NCBI GenBank assembly: GCA_002429065.1 | Contig: DIYN01000048.1 | Location: 21,727 to 85,726 of the forward strand | Direction of reading: 5' to 3' | Origin: Verrucomicrobia bacterium UBA6053 | Lineage (GTDB): Bacteria; Verrucomicrobiota; Kiritimatiellia; SS1-B-03-39; UBA6053 | Length of the DNA stretch: 64,000 bases | Shown: one piece after another, positions 46,301-54,848 of the stretch | Layout of the letters: every line of letters begins with the position of its first letter | Position numbering within the stretch: the first letter of the stretch is position 1 | Program-made: the position numbers and the translations under genes | Notes under the pieces: generated by a model | Database searches by the model: none | Told to the model about the DNA's origin: nothing | Seen by the model: the letters and a program-made list of their open reading frames with translations, nothing else

Positions 46301-47325
46301 CAGTGAATGGAATCAACCGGATCATCTTGCAGCAGAGCGACGGCGGAGGAGGGGTCGGACGGAGTTGGCTTGCCGTCTCGGATGGACGCCACCTGTATTC
46401 CTATTTGGGGAATGGGGCCACGGAGAGCGTGGCCACACTGAATACAGGCCAGTGGCATCATGTTGCCATCACAGCTGGAGGCGGGACGGTCACATTGTAT
46501 CTGGACGGAAATCCTGTGGGAACGAGTTCACGGAATGTGGAAGCGAATGATGGCATATTCAGGATTGGGAATCATAAAGACCCCTCGGATGATAAACAAT
46601 GGGACGGCAGGATTGACGAGGTTCGCCTTTACAGCCGTGTCGTACCGGCTCCGGAAATTCTGGCGATTTCCGCCTACCTTCCGCCTTCTCCACCCGCCTC
46701 TCCCACTGGAGGGGATGCCACGGCCGTCTCCAGTAGTGGTGTGGAGCTTTCCTGGACGGATCAATCGAACAATGAAGCCGGATTCAACATCCAGCGCTCT
46801 ACCCAGAGCAACAGCGGTTTCAGTACGATTCATCTCACGGCAGCCGATGTGACCTCCTACACGGACAGCGGACTGGACCCCGATACGACCTATTACTATC
46901 GGATCATGGCGACGCACGCAGTCGGAGACAGTGGATACACGGCTGATTCCGCCACCACTTGGACGGAAGAGGAACAGTATTTTGATGATGCCGGGCTAGA
47001 CCACGACATCGATCCCGGGCTGGATTCTGATGGCGATGGCACCAGCAATGAGGATGAGTTTATCGCCGGAACGAACCCGAACGATGTGAACGATGTGTTT
47101 CATGTCGAATTGAGCCACAGCCCCTCGGGGATGCAGGTGGAAGTGGCAACCGATCCGGTCAAATACTACCGGGTCAGTTGGCGCCACTCTCTGACGGCCG
47201 GTAGCTGGACTCCGGAAACAGGGTACGAAGGCTGGACACCCATTGGAGCCAGCCAATTGAATCTGAATACGAATAAAGAAGGCTTCTTTCGGGTTGAGGT
47301 ATCCACCTCCGCCTTTCCTCCCTGA
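40345..47325 (+). CDS. giant (2326 aa) signal-anchored subtilisin/kexin-like S8 protease with P-domain, IPT/TIG, cadherin-like, Calx-beta, PKD-like, CBM-like, LamG and FN3 modules
   Basis: S8 triad contexts: NINDHG (Asp, about nt 41200), HMDHVTGTVGAHG (His, about 41302), AAANNGG, GTSMATPNASG (Ser, about 41831). Calx-beta-like segments VGEGEGTVTVTVTRS...ATAGDDF...LNWADGESGSKTVDIAILDD. LamG context DGRIDEVRLYSRVV. N-terminal TM anchor. Confidence 0.85.
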   Translation: MNDNHPLVRTRMYFLLLLLLGFAGGWFLFRMKGGSESDPLTFSGDVVQTHPPHQEGVRVSNDPRSTLPEGEEVTHPFAGQVLGQSRPSDARGAVSPEDAGATFQTDGISSARASETASGDVEHEWENTPGALQAAWRDQVADRTQLTVPRLLMEEPSLAGIERADLSEVQVRYTYSEQIESSFPTVMEDKHERRRHSYLLTLLEETADMQTRLRAEALGLEYKGIDAEGRGFTLAFFEEGAPRYLRTMNQSAAESSAADLVRQNVDFDPILGPDLDGSGFFFNINDHGIARQHLEFQLPNGGGSRVMEREPEDHDSHMDHVTGTVGAHGYREDAKGMAPAVRMYSLNQQSSSDVDLLGMRFPLQSRRSIGGTTSLGWSHETGEGGEYDYTGRSFDDQLLETPYYLHFYAAANNGGYNTISNGRAASKNLMTVGSGRHVNRQADGTYISGGNKSGFSSMGPMDDGRIKPDILANGESVRSTTGTSGYSNKQGTSMATPNASGSSILLQDYFSKRFPGHLMKAVTLKNLIVHTADDLGDTGPDYRHGWGFMNTRKAADLVASYADQPGNRRLTEAVLTNGETHDYLFTWDGTSPLVANLAWMDYRGISSSAHDDRQADIKYDLDLRIISPSGSTTYLPWAMPFVLNGFNTDDYDTAAVKADNTVDNVEQVRIGSPTEVGVYTVQISHKGTLESDEPVSYSLILSGVDLSAAAPAPTISSFTPNQGRHHHLQVSVTGTGFLLGANVRLQAPGLEAIEGYAEVVTPTQIEVFLPLDRVPPGDYQLVVENPDGQSVTAAGGFEVPSYRDLLFEDFDAPGFTFAGAGWTTGATTGSDEWTLSNSVSVSGSSAHVPVSTEEIFSYLESPAIAVPDTNDPIFLSFEHLWDFEITLSGSHAGEDAALLMMSVDGGAFEYVDQGFTGAAAGTEIVSGDYWDHVDSSNLLRYSYYTTYAWTDDSGGWQRTTVQLDPALYKNKTLRFRWCLGSQNTGTDPVEGWWIENVSLSIRDTNTPPQLDAVPSNQATVGVLYQQVISFSDADGGFPALTSLSTPGWLGFVDHGDGTGTLSGTPQAGDVGTSQVEVEADDGTATRSLRYFLNVLPSGGNQPPSMTTGALDLAILDTLYSMVVSAADPDGHLLSLEVSNLPSWLSFVDHGNGTGTLSGTPHEYTVGSLNLEFVVHDGVEGVSQTLPLQILPAPELGFTSATASVGEGEGTVTVTVTRSLNSVGPVSVEFSTTALSATAGDDFTAQSGTLNWADGESGSKTVDIAILDDNDFNEGNETFRVDLSNPGNGAVLGLNDRVTVTITENDINDPPHITLDSPGSAQVGIPSGVGLILETTATDDGTFQPLTFSWTQESGPGTATFSSPAAEDTRVTFDIDGTYVLRLTADDGGMQGIREIIVTVGGGGGPSGYQEVAGQVVMEAEVHDHSVTVDGKEWVTNTDLTGFLGAGLVTVLPNNGDNKNTGYTGGGAARLDYQVNFTTTGTYYIWVRGNSSGGGDDSVHASLNDQVIDTADRITVSNNGNWSWSRNTMDSAVATLEVPTAGLHTFNLYMREDGASVDRIILSTDNSFSPSGDGPDVSERGVRQGPDVDPGGPYTVQAGLTLSLSATVTDDGYPEIPGSTSQTWSQVSGPGTAAFVDASLEDAAVSFDVPGEYSLRLVATDGDSSTFAEVVVTVTASGPAVIVTETDAGTDVTEGGSGDSYALVLSQAPSANVTVTVSPDGQLQTDSPTVEFTPANWDQPQVVNVSAVDDAVDEGEHSGSITHSVSSGDAGYDGIVMNAVSVTITDNDAPGVLAFSVSSLSVSEGDGTAALTVTRTGGSAGSAQVNYATLDGTATAGVDYSSNSGSLTWADGDASAKSILIPLLEDVTWEGTVSLSVTLSSATGASLGSPSVVTVEITDNDLSTDGLVLHYPFEEGSGTSTTDAAGSNNGTLQNSVEWSSGKYGGAVDVDLSGGTGVFEEVTTDASVALAANSSWTAMAWVWMDAAPVNGINRIILQQSDGGGGVGRSWLAVSDGRHLYSYLGNGATESVATLNTGQWHHVAITAGGGTVTLYLDGNPVGTSSRNVEANDGIFRIGNHKDPSDDKQWDGRIDEVRLYSRVVPAPEILAISAYLPPSPPASPTGGDATAVSSSGVELSWTDQSNNEAGFNIQRSTQSNSGFSTIHLTAADVTSYTDSGLDPDTTYYYRIMATHAVGDSGYTADSATTWTEEEQYFDDAGLDHDIDPGLDSDGDGTSNEDEFIAGTNPNDVNDVFHVELSHSPSGMQVEVATDPVKYYRVSWRHSLTAGSWTPETGYEGWTPIGASQLNLNTNKEGFFRVEVSTSAFPP

Positions 47326-47557
47326 TCTGGGGAACTGCACCCGGTTTTGTCCTTAAATTCAAACGTTTCGTCACTCAAATAGTTATACGTTTATCGCTGT
47401 GTTCGGCAGCGGTTTTGTCCTGTTTGCACAATATCACATGTCAATTTGCGAAAAACGCGGGTATTTTCGAGGTCCGGTTTAACATTTATCCTTTCCAGGT
47501 TACCCTAATGTGTAGGCTTCTATCATTCAGGTCATTTCTGTAGAACGATCACCTGAA

Positions 47558-50500
47558 GTGAGGCGGCCTTGCCAGAGGGCATATCGCTCTTTGCGAAACG
47601 AATGGATTGGATGGATATACGCAATGGATCAAGGTAACGTGCTTAAAGGGGTTGGGGTCGTGTTGTTGGGGGCAATCGTTGGGGGGGCGATTCTCTTTCT
47701 GCAGAGACATTCACATTCTCCATTGCAGGAGGTACCCCAAAGGATGGCCGTACATTCTGAAGGGGGGGAATCCTCTTTTCCCGATGTTGCATCCGGCCTA
47801 TCCTCCTCCGAACCCGCCGTTTCGACGCACACCTTTCCTGCGGTTGCAGGCCCCGAACGTCAACCGGTGATGCCGCAACAGATGCCTACTGCCCCGCTCT
47901 CGGATGAGATGCAAGTGTGGGTGGATGAAGTGGAATCGGGGCGGCAGGTGTCTGTTTCCCTGCAGGGACAGGACCGGACCTACCTCTTCCGGCCGTTGGA
48001 CGTGACGACGGATTCCTTCCGAATCTCCACCGGGAAGGATTCGGAACATTCGGTTGACTTCCGGGTCTACGAAGGAAGAGAGCTGATTGGAGATCAACTG
48101 GGCGGTGGCCGTGCGTCGATGGCGGTGGTTCAGGACACCTACTCGATCGCCTTAGCGACTGCGCAGGGCGATTTCCTTATTGAAGAGGATCCTGACAGCG
48201 GAGAAATGGTGGCGGTAGTTCTGGGGGATGCCGGAATGGGCGAACATGTGTGTACCCTTCATCAGGGGCAGTCGATGGTTCGGGCTCCGGCCGGGGATGA
48301 CGGGACCCGGGAACGCATTCCCGTCTCTCTTGTGCTCAAGGAGGCCGTGGCGGGTTCACCCGGATCTGCCGGTGAGAACTGGGTAAACCACTCGTACTAC
48401 CGGCTTGGGCCCCAATACGATGCCTCCCTCCGGGACATGCCCGTTCTGTGGGGATCGTCCAAATCGCAGACCGGCAGCAGCAGCAGTTTAAACAGCCGTG
48501 CCGCGTCTTACCTAACGTATGCTGCCAGAGTCCGGGACACCTATGAGCGGCAGCTTGGACTGCGGTTTATGCTGATGGAGCTGGTCATGGTGCCAAACGA
48601 TTCCTCTGAGGATGATTTGGGCGAAAGTCTTGGCGAATGGAGAACCTGGCTGTCCAATCACCGGCCCCAGTCCACCTTCGACTGGGGGCATGCCGGTCTC
48701 TGGACCTTGGTGGACGGCAGCGGAGGCGGAGTCATTGGACGTGCATTCGTGGATAATTATGGAGACAGTGCACTGGGCGTCTCTGTTCAGGAGCGAAATT
48801 TCGACTGGGATGTGTTTAACCATGAACTGGGCCACAATGTCGGGGCCAGTCATTCCAACGGCGGGGTGATGAATCCCAGCCTCAGCAACAACAATGAGGA
48901 TTTTTTTAAGAAAAGTGAGAACGGGGACTACACCGCCGCCATGGACATTTACAATCATATGTCCACCAGCAGCGATGCGCTCAACAAGCTTTACGGACCC
49001 GCAGACCTCCGTCATCCCGAAGAGACCCCTTTCGCGATCACGGACGAGGTATCCACTCCGCTGGAGACGCCACTTACCTTTGATCCGCTTGAAAATGATA
49101 TTCATACCGTTCCCTATGGGACAGAAAATGCGCTTCGACTGATTGAAGTGGGCAGTGTGTATCCCGCAGCAGCGGGAACGGTGGAGGTGGATGGAGAACT
49201 TCTGACCTTCACCCCCTCAACCGGCTACACCGGGAATGCCTGGTTCACCTACACCATTCAGGGGACGATTGGGAATGGAGGCCGCGGCTGGCTTCATGCG
49301 GCTGACGTGATTGTCAGTGTCGGAGGAAGCAGCGCAGACCCGACACTTTCACCGGCATTGGCCCTTCAGGATGATTATCTGGACGCCACTCTGCTTGAAC
49401 CGGTCCGGTTTAATCCTCTTCTCAATGACGAAGGGGAGGGACGGCTGTGGGCCGGACGGGTGGATGTGGTGCTTGGGCCTGGGGATACGACGCCTGAATC
49501 CTATTCGGATGACCCGTTTCAACTCACAAATGTTGCCGTGGTCAGCGGGACAGGGAGTGTCTCTTTGGAGAGTCTTCAGGTGGTAGACGCATCCACCCCG
49601 TCCAGCGGCTTCACTGGATATGTGGTGTATACTCCCGGCCCGGGTGAGGGGAACCTCGTCCATTTAACCTATGACGTGAAGGATGCAAATGGAACGACCG
49701 CCACCGCCAACGTATACCTGAACCGGAAGATCGGCCTCACCACCTCGGCCTCAGTGGCGGCACTTCTGGAAACCGAAGGCAAGGTGGCCACGTTGACCAT
49801 TTCCCGTCCCCCGACCGCCGGAACCGTCTCGGATGAAACCGTCTATTTCGCCCTGTCCGGAAATGCAAAACTCTCTGGCCCGAATGCGGATGTGGTGGTG
49901 ACAGGCTATCAGGAGTTTCATCTTCCCACCCAGACGGGGAGTGTTGTCATTCCTGCAGGCCAGATGTCGACCAGTCTCACGGTCTGGGCCCGGCCGGATG
50001 CGCTTACAGAAGGGACGGAACTGCTGAGCCTTCTGCTTCTCGACGCGGAAACGCTCCTTGCAGATCCCAATGAGGCGGTCGTCCTGGAGATCCGGGATTC
50101 AGGTCCTATCACCACCTTTCTGCTGAATGAGGACCTTGACGGGTTTAATTCGACCCAGGATGCAAGCTGGAACGGGTGGAGCAATCCCACTGATGATGAC
50201 ATGGACTGGCGGGTGAACTCCGGAAGCACTGGATCCTCCAGTACGGGTCCGAACGGGGACAACACCAGTGGTTCCGGAAAGTATCTCTACACAGAAGCAT
50301 CCGGGAGCAGTAACCGAACCGCTCACTTTCTCTCCCCCACACTGGACACCAGTTCCGCTCCTGCTCTGCTGTTGGAATTTGCCTACAACATGTACGGCTC
50401 CGATATGGGAGACCTGCATGTGGATGTCTATTCCAACGGAAGCTGGACCCAGAATGTCATTCCCCCTTTTGTCGGTCAGCAGAGTCAGAATGGAGACGAC

Positions 50501-53500
50501 TGGAAGACCCTGTTTCTGGATCTGGGGGGCTACCGGGCTTCAGATTTCCGAGTGCGATTCCGGGGAGAAACAGGGGATAGCTTCCGAAGTGACATGGCCA
50601 TTGATGATATCCGGATCGGATATGCTGCTGATCCTGCGCCCATCTCCCGTTCGATCGTGGGGCAGCCGATGTCTCAAACGATTGAGGTGCTGAAGCCACT
50701 CTACCTGGCGGTAACGGTGGAGAGTTTTCCGCATCCAACCTTTCAGTGGAAAAAAGACGGGGAGATCATTCCCGGTGCTACAGAGGCTTATTATTCTGTG
50801 GCGACATCCATTCCCGCAACCGCCGGACTCTACACCTGCGAGGTCACACAGGGCAGCACAGTCACCTCAGCCGCAGCGGTGATCACGATTCTGGGGGCTG
50901 CTGAGGCTCCCGTCATCACTTCACACCCGGTGAGTCAGTCCGCCAATCAGGGAGACAACAACATTTTCTTTACGGTTACCGCCTCTGGAGATCCCGCACC
51001 GACCTATCAATGGCGTCGCAACGGTTCGGTGCTGAATGGTGAAACCGGGTCCACCCTGGAACTGGATAACGTGAGTCCTTCCGACTCAGGAACCTACACG
51101 GTGGATGTGAGCAATGCAGTGGGCACCGTGACCAGCACCCCCGCGACCTTGACGGTGAACGCCCGCCCGGTTGCATCCATTGATCCCCGTCTGTGGGCCG
51201 TGCAGGGAAGTCCGCTGACGTTGAATGGCACGGCCTCTGATGACGATCCGATTACGGTCTCCTGGAGTACACTCTCCGGTCCGGGCACGGTGACATTCGG
51301 GAACAGCACTCAGGCCTCGACGACTGCGGAGTTCAGTGTGGAGGGGACCTACAGACTCCGACTTCAGGTTCAGGACGGAGTGTTTACGGTGGCGGATGAG
51401 GTCGATGTGATTGTGTATGAAAGCGGAATCAGTCTGATGGAACTTTCGCCGGTTCATGACGCATATGTCCGGGCCGGCAGTAATGCGGATAAAAAATACA
51501 ACAACTCGGATCTGGAGGTGCGGGAACCTTCCTCTGTGGGAAATAATACCCGGCGTTCCTACCTCCGTTTTGATCTAAGTGGCATTTCCGGTACCGTTGT
51601 GGATGCTCAACTGCAGCTGTATCTCCGGGTCTACCGAAACAACACGACACACCGGCTGCATACAGTGAGTGACGACACCTGGATTGAGTCCGATCTCACC
51701 TTTAACAACGCTCCCGCACAAGAGGGGATCCTTGATAGTTGGATTCCCACAGGAGTTGACTATTACTGGCCTACTGCCACCTCACAGGTGCAGACAGACG
51801 TGGAGGGGAATGGCGCGATCAGTTTTGGACTGTCGGTTTCCAGTGACCGCCAGAATGAATACTCAAGTTCTGAAAATGGAAACACCGCCCAGAGACCCAA
51901 ACTGGTGGTGGCCTATCGGGAATTTACCGTGCCGCAGGTCTCCGTTACTTCCAGTGGAACCGGAAATGAGGCCGTGTCATCACCGGTGTCGTTTACGCTG
52001 ACCCGCTCGCTTTTTCTCGACCAGAGCTTTCCTCTCAATTTCAGCCTGGGTGGGACCTCTGATGACTCGGATTTCACTGTGACAGGTGCGGATACTTACA
52101 CTGCTGGAAGCGGGACGGTATCCTTTGCCGCGAACGAAACGGAAAAAATCATCACGGTGACACCGGGGAATGACAGTACGGTTGAAGGTACTGAAACCGT
52201 ATCCTTCACGATTGATGCCGGTACAGGGTATGAAGCGGTTGAACCCTTGTCCGCCCAGGGCAGCATTCTGGATGCCCAGACCAATTATCCTCCTACAGCC
52301 AGCTTGATATGGCCGGCGTCCGGTACGTCAGTCGGCTCGGATATCGGCCGGTCTCACTGGCTGGAAGTGATGGGCTCAGACGATGGCTTCGGGAATGCAT
52401 CCCTGACGTATTCCTGGAGCAAACTCAGCGGCCCGGGAACGGTTACTTTCGATCAGGTCAGTTCTCCCGGCACCCGGGTGACCGTCAGTGCCGAAGGAAC
52501 CTATTCAATCCGATGCACCGTCAGTGACGGTATCCATGATGCCTCCGTTGAGATCACGCTCGAATCCGGGTCGGGCTCCGTGTCCAGTACGGGGTTGATT
52601 CTGCATTATGCACTGGATGAAAACCCAGGCTCTGGCACCGCAGCCGACAGTTCCGGAAACAACCGCACGGGCACGGTGGGCTCCCAAGTGGTTTTCCATC
52701 CTGCGGATGGTCAGGTGGGCGGAAGTGCGGCGTTTACGAACAACACGAATGCTGAAATTGAGGATGCAGATGCGGAGAATTACCTGAACGGCTTATCCGC
52801 TCTGACCGTCAGCACCTGGGTGAAATCCAGTTCTGCAGACACGGACAGCGGATGGTTGAACGCCCGCAATCCGGCAGGGGGAGGGGACCCCATGCAGTTC
52901 CGGTATGACCGTCAGGCCTTTAAGTCCAATGGCATTTCCCGAAACATGCAGTTCCAAATCTGGACCTCTGACGGGAATATGCTCTATGAAACGGCTGCAA
53001 ATGTTCAAACCACGGAGTGGCAGCATGTGGTCCTCACCTGGCAGTCGGGTGAACTGCCGAACGTCTATCTGGACGGAGTCCTCGATACCCCTAGCTGGGC
53101 AGGCACCTCAGATGTGCAGGGGCAGACTTCCTCCGGGGTTATTTCCTCGGTTGAGACTCTGATTGTCGGCCGATCCGCCAAGGACAACAATGGCTCCTGG
53201 AACGGACGCCTGGATGACCTGCGGATCTATAACCGGGCATTGGACCAGGCTGAGGTCACGCAGTTGTTTAATGGAACCGCTCCCAACACGGTGCCCGCAG
53301 CTTCGCTGTCCGCAGACAGTTCCATCCTGGTCGGCGAGTCGCTGAATCTGGACGGAACGGGTTCCGACGAGGAAACCGCCGCCGGTTCTCTGGGGGCAAA
53401 ATGGACGCAGGTGAGTGGTCCGGGAACGGCCACCTTTGGAGATGAAACCCTGTTTGATACGACGGTTCAGTTTGATGTGGCCGGTGTGTATGAACTTGCG

Positions 53501-53944
53501 TTGATTGTGGATGATGGCGAAATGGCAGACGGGGAGATTTTGACGGTCACCGTCACCGGCGGAGAGGTGGACACCAATAACAATGATGTTCCCGACTCCT
53601 GGGAAACGGTTCACGAAGACAGTTCCATGCCGGGTACGGTTCAGTTGGGGGATGGCAACAATTACGATCTGAGGGATGTCTATTTCTGGGGATTGGACTC
53701 CGGTTCGCCTGAACCGCTCCAGGCAGAACCGCCGGTTGCCACGCCTGCCTCATTTGTGTTCCAGTTTTATGGTGTCCGCGGGGTTCAGTACCGGATCAGC
53801 CGTACCACGGATCTGACGGACAACGACGGCTGGACTGTTCTGCCTGGCTATACCTCGGTACCCGGAAACAATGCGATGATTCCCATTACAGACAGCTCCC
53901 CGGCTGACAACAGTCTCTACCGGATCGAAGTCATTGAAAACTGA
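47558..53944 (+). CDS. giant (about 2100 aa) signal-anchored reprolysin-like zinc metalloprotease with MAM, two Ig I-set, PKD-like, DNRLRE-like, Calx-beta and LamG modules
   Basis: Metzincin motif HELGHNVGASH at nt 48821-48853. MAM-like domain at about 50116-50620 (GPNGDNTSGSGKYLYTEASG...MAIDDIRIG). Ig I-set signatures GLYTCEVTQ and GTYTVDVSN. LamG context GRLDDLRIYNRAL. The true start may be the ATG at 47624 (MDQGNVLKG). Confidence 0.85.
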   Translation: MRRPCQRAYRSLRNEWIGWIYAMDQGNVLKGVGVVLLGAIVGGAILFLQRHSHSPLQEVPQRMAVHSEGGESSFPDVASGLSSSEPAVSTHTFPAVAGPERQPVMPQQMPTAPLSDEMQVWVDEVESGRQVSVSLQGQDRTYLFRPLDVTTDSFRISTGKDSEHSVDFRVYEGRELIGDQLGGGRASMAVVQDTYSIALATAQGDFLIEEDPDSGEMVAVVLGDAGMGEHVCTLHQGQSMVRAPAGDDGTRERIPVSLVLKEAVAGSPGSAGENWVNHSYYRLGPQYDASLRDMPVLWGSSKSQTGSSSSLNSRAASYLTYAARVRDTYERQLGLRFMLMELVMVPNDSSEDDLGESLGEWRTWLSNHRPQSTFDWGHAGLWTLVDGSGGGVIGRAFVDNYGDSALGVSVQERNFDWDVFNHELGHNVGASHSNGGVMNPSLSNNNEDFFKKSENGDYTAAMDIYNHMSTSSDALNKLYGPADLRHPEETPFAITDEVSTPLETPLTFDPLENDIHTVPYGTENALRLIEVGSVYPAAAGTVEVDGELLTFTPSTGYTGNAWFTYTIQGTIGNGGRGWLHAADVIVSVGGSSADPTLSPALALQDDYLDATLLEPVRFNPLLNDEGEGRLWAGRVDVVLGPGDTTPESYSDDPFQLTNVAVVSGTGSVSLESLQVVDASTPSSGFTGYVVYTPGPGEGNLVHLTYDVKDANGTTATANVYLNRKIGLTTSASVAALLETEGKVATLTISRPPTAGTVSDETVYFALSGNAKLSGPNADVVVTGYQEFHLPTQTGSVVIPAGQMSTSLTVWARPDALTEGTELLSLLLLDAETLLADPNEAVVLEIRDSGPITTFLLNEDLDGFNSTQDASWNGWSNPTDDDMDWRVNSGSTGSSSTGPNGDNTSGSGKYLYTEASGSSNRTAHFLSPTLDTSSAPALLLEFAYNMYGSDMGDLHVDVYSNGSWTQNVIPPFVGQQSQNGDDWKTLFLDLGGYRASDFRVRFRGETGDSFRSDMAIDDIRIGYAADPAPISRSIVGQPMSQTIEVLKPLYLAVTVESFPHPTFQWKKDGEIIPGATEAYYSVATSIPATAGLYTCEVTQGSTVTSAAAVITILGAAEAPVITSHPVSQSANQGDNNIFFTVTASGDPAPTYQWRRNGSVLNGETGSTLELDNVSPSDSGTYTVDVSNAVGTVTSTPATLTVNARPVASIDPRLWAVQGSPLTLNGTASDDDPITVSWSTLSGPGTVTFGNSTQASTTAEFSVEGTYRLRLQVQDGVFTVADEVDVIVYESGISLMELSPVHDAYVRAGSNADKKYNNSDLEVREPSSVGNNTRRSYLRFDLSGISGTVVDAQLQLYLRVYRNNTTHRLHTVSDDTWIESDLTFNNAPAQEGILDSWIPTGVDYYWPTATSQVQTDVEGNGAISFGLSVSSDRQNEYSSSENGNTAQRPKLVVAYREFTVPQVSVTSSGTGNEAVSSPVSFTLTRSLFLDQSFPLNFSLGGTSDDSDFTVTGADTYTAGSGTVSFAANETEKIITVTPGNDSTVEGTETVSFTIDAGTGYEAVEPLSAQGSILDAQTNYPPTASLIWPASGTSVGSDIGRSHWLEVMGSDDGFGNASLTYSWSKLSGPGTVTFDQVSSPGTRVTVSAEGTYSIRCTVSDGIHDASVEITLESGSGSVSSTGLILHYALDENPGSGTAADSSGNNRTGTVGSQVVFHPADGQVGGSAAFTNNTNAEIEDADAENYLNGLSALTVSTWVKSSSADTDSGWLNARNPAGGGDPMQFRYDRQAFKSNGISRNMQFQIWTSDGNMLYETAANVQTTEWQHVVLTWQSGELPNVYLDGVLDTPSWAGTSDVQGQTSSGVISSVETLIVGRSAKDNNGSWNGRLDDLRIYNRALDQAEVTQLFNGTAPNTVPAASLSADSSILVGESLNLDGTGSDEETAAGSLGAKWTQVSGPGTATFGDETLFDTTVQFDVAGVYELALIVDDGEMADGEILTVTVTGGEVDTNNNDVPDSWETVHEDSSMPGTVQLGDGNNYDLRDVYFWGLDSGSPEPLQAEPPVATPASFVFQFYGVRGVQYRISRTTDLTDNDGWTVLPGYTSVPGNNAMIPITDSSPADNSLYRIEVIEN

Positions 53945-53990
53945 CCGGATACCGGACTAAGATTGCTTCTGCGGCAGACGTCCCAGGGGT

Positions 53991-54806
53991 ATGAAGGTTC
54001 GAATGATGGGTATTGGTGTGATGGTTCCGTTGTGGCTCCTGAGTTCATTCCTGTTTGCAGACACCTCCGACCCGGGAGAGGGGCTGTCTGCAGTGATGCG
54101 GGACTCTGATCTGATTGCGCTTGCAGAGGTCAAGCACGTGGAGATCAGGATCCAAACCAAGCAGCAGACGCACTATGTGTTGCACTGTACCCTGCAGAAA
54201 CTTCTGAAAGGAAACAAACCGGAGGAGCCTCTGAAGGTATATCTGACAATACCGGTGGAGGACACAACAGAGAACACACAGGTGACCCCTCCGGAAAAAG
54301 GGACGTCCTGTTGGTTCTTTCTGTATGGACCCCATCATCACCTTCGGCCTGTCTCTCCAGCGGGAGGAATTCGGCAGCCGGAGGAAACGGATCAGGCCTT
54401 TCAGACGGAACTTCAGAAGCTCGTGGAAAAGGGGCCCCGAATTCGGGAAGTCAGGTTACATGTCTCCGTGGAAAATGGCTGGTCCGCGTATTTTCAGGTC
54501 CATTCAGGAGGCCGAACCCATGGGGGTCACGTGAGTGGAGGAGATCAGGTTCTGGTGCACATGCGGGATGGCCGGATAACAGAGGCAGAGGTTCTGGATG
54601 AGATGGTGAAACTCGCGGAGGATGTCTACGACTCCAATGTGCCGACGGACCCTGTCATCCGCACCAAGGATCTGGTCTATATCCGGATCGAGACCTTCGA
54701 CGGTTCAACCAAAACATACCAGAAAGCCCGGAAAGAAGAGTTTGCGAATGAGAGGCTTCGCACACTTGAAGCTCTTCTGCTCGAGCACCGGATCGGAGGG
54801 TGGTAG
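53991..54806 (+). CDS. hypothetical secreted protein
   Basis: Signal peptide (MGIGVMVPLWLLSSFLFA). Coding-like ORF of 271 aa. No recognised motifs. Confidence 0.5.
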   Translation: MKVRMMGIGVMVPLWLLSSFLFADTSDPGEGLSAVMRDSDLIALAEVKHVEIRIQTKQQTHYVLHCTLQKLLKGNKPEEPLKVYLTIPVEDTTENTQVTPPEKGTSCWFFLYGPHHHLRPVSPAGGIRQPEETDQAFQTELQKLVEKGPRIREVRLHVSVENGWSAYFQVHSGGRTHGGHVSGGDQVLVHMRDGRITEAEVLDEMVKLAEDVYDSNVPTDPVIRTKDLVYIRIETFDGSTKTYQKARKEEFANERLRTLEALLLEHRIGGW

Positions 54807-54848
54807 GCCCTGAACCGGTGTCGCAGACAGGTGTCTGCATCTGCGACG

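Noticed and set aside
47200-47325. PEP-CTERM sorting signals on the giant proteins or other secreted proteins, as cargo for the exosortase.
   Set aside because: No C-terminus in the window shows the PEP motif followed by a TM helix and basic residues. The giant proteins end in hydrophilic beta-strand motifs instead.
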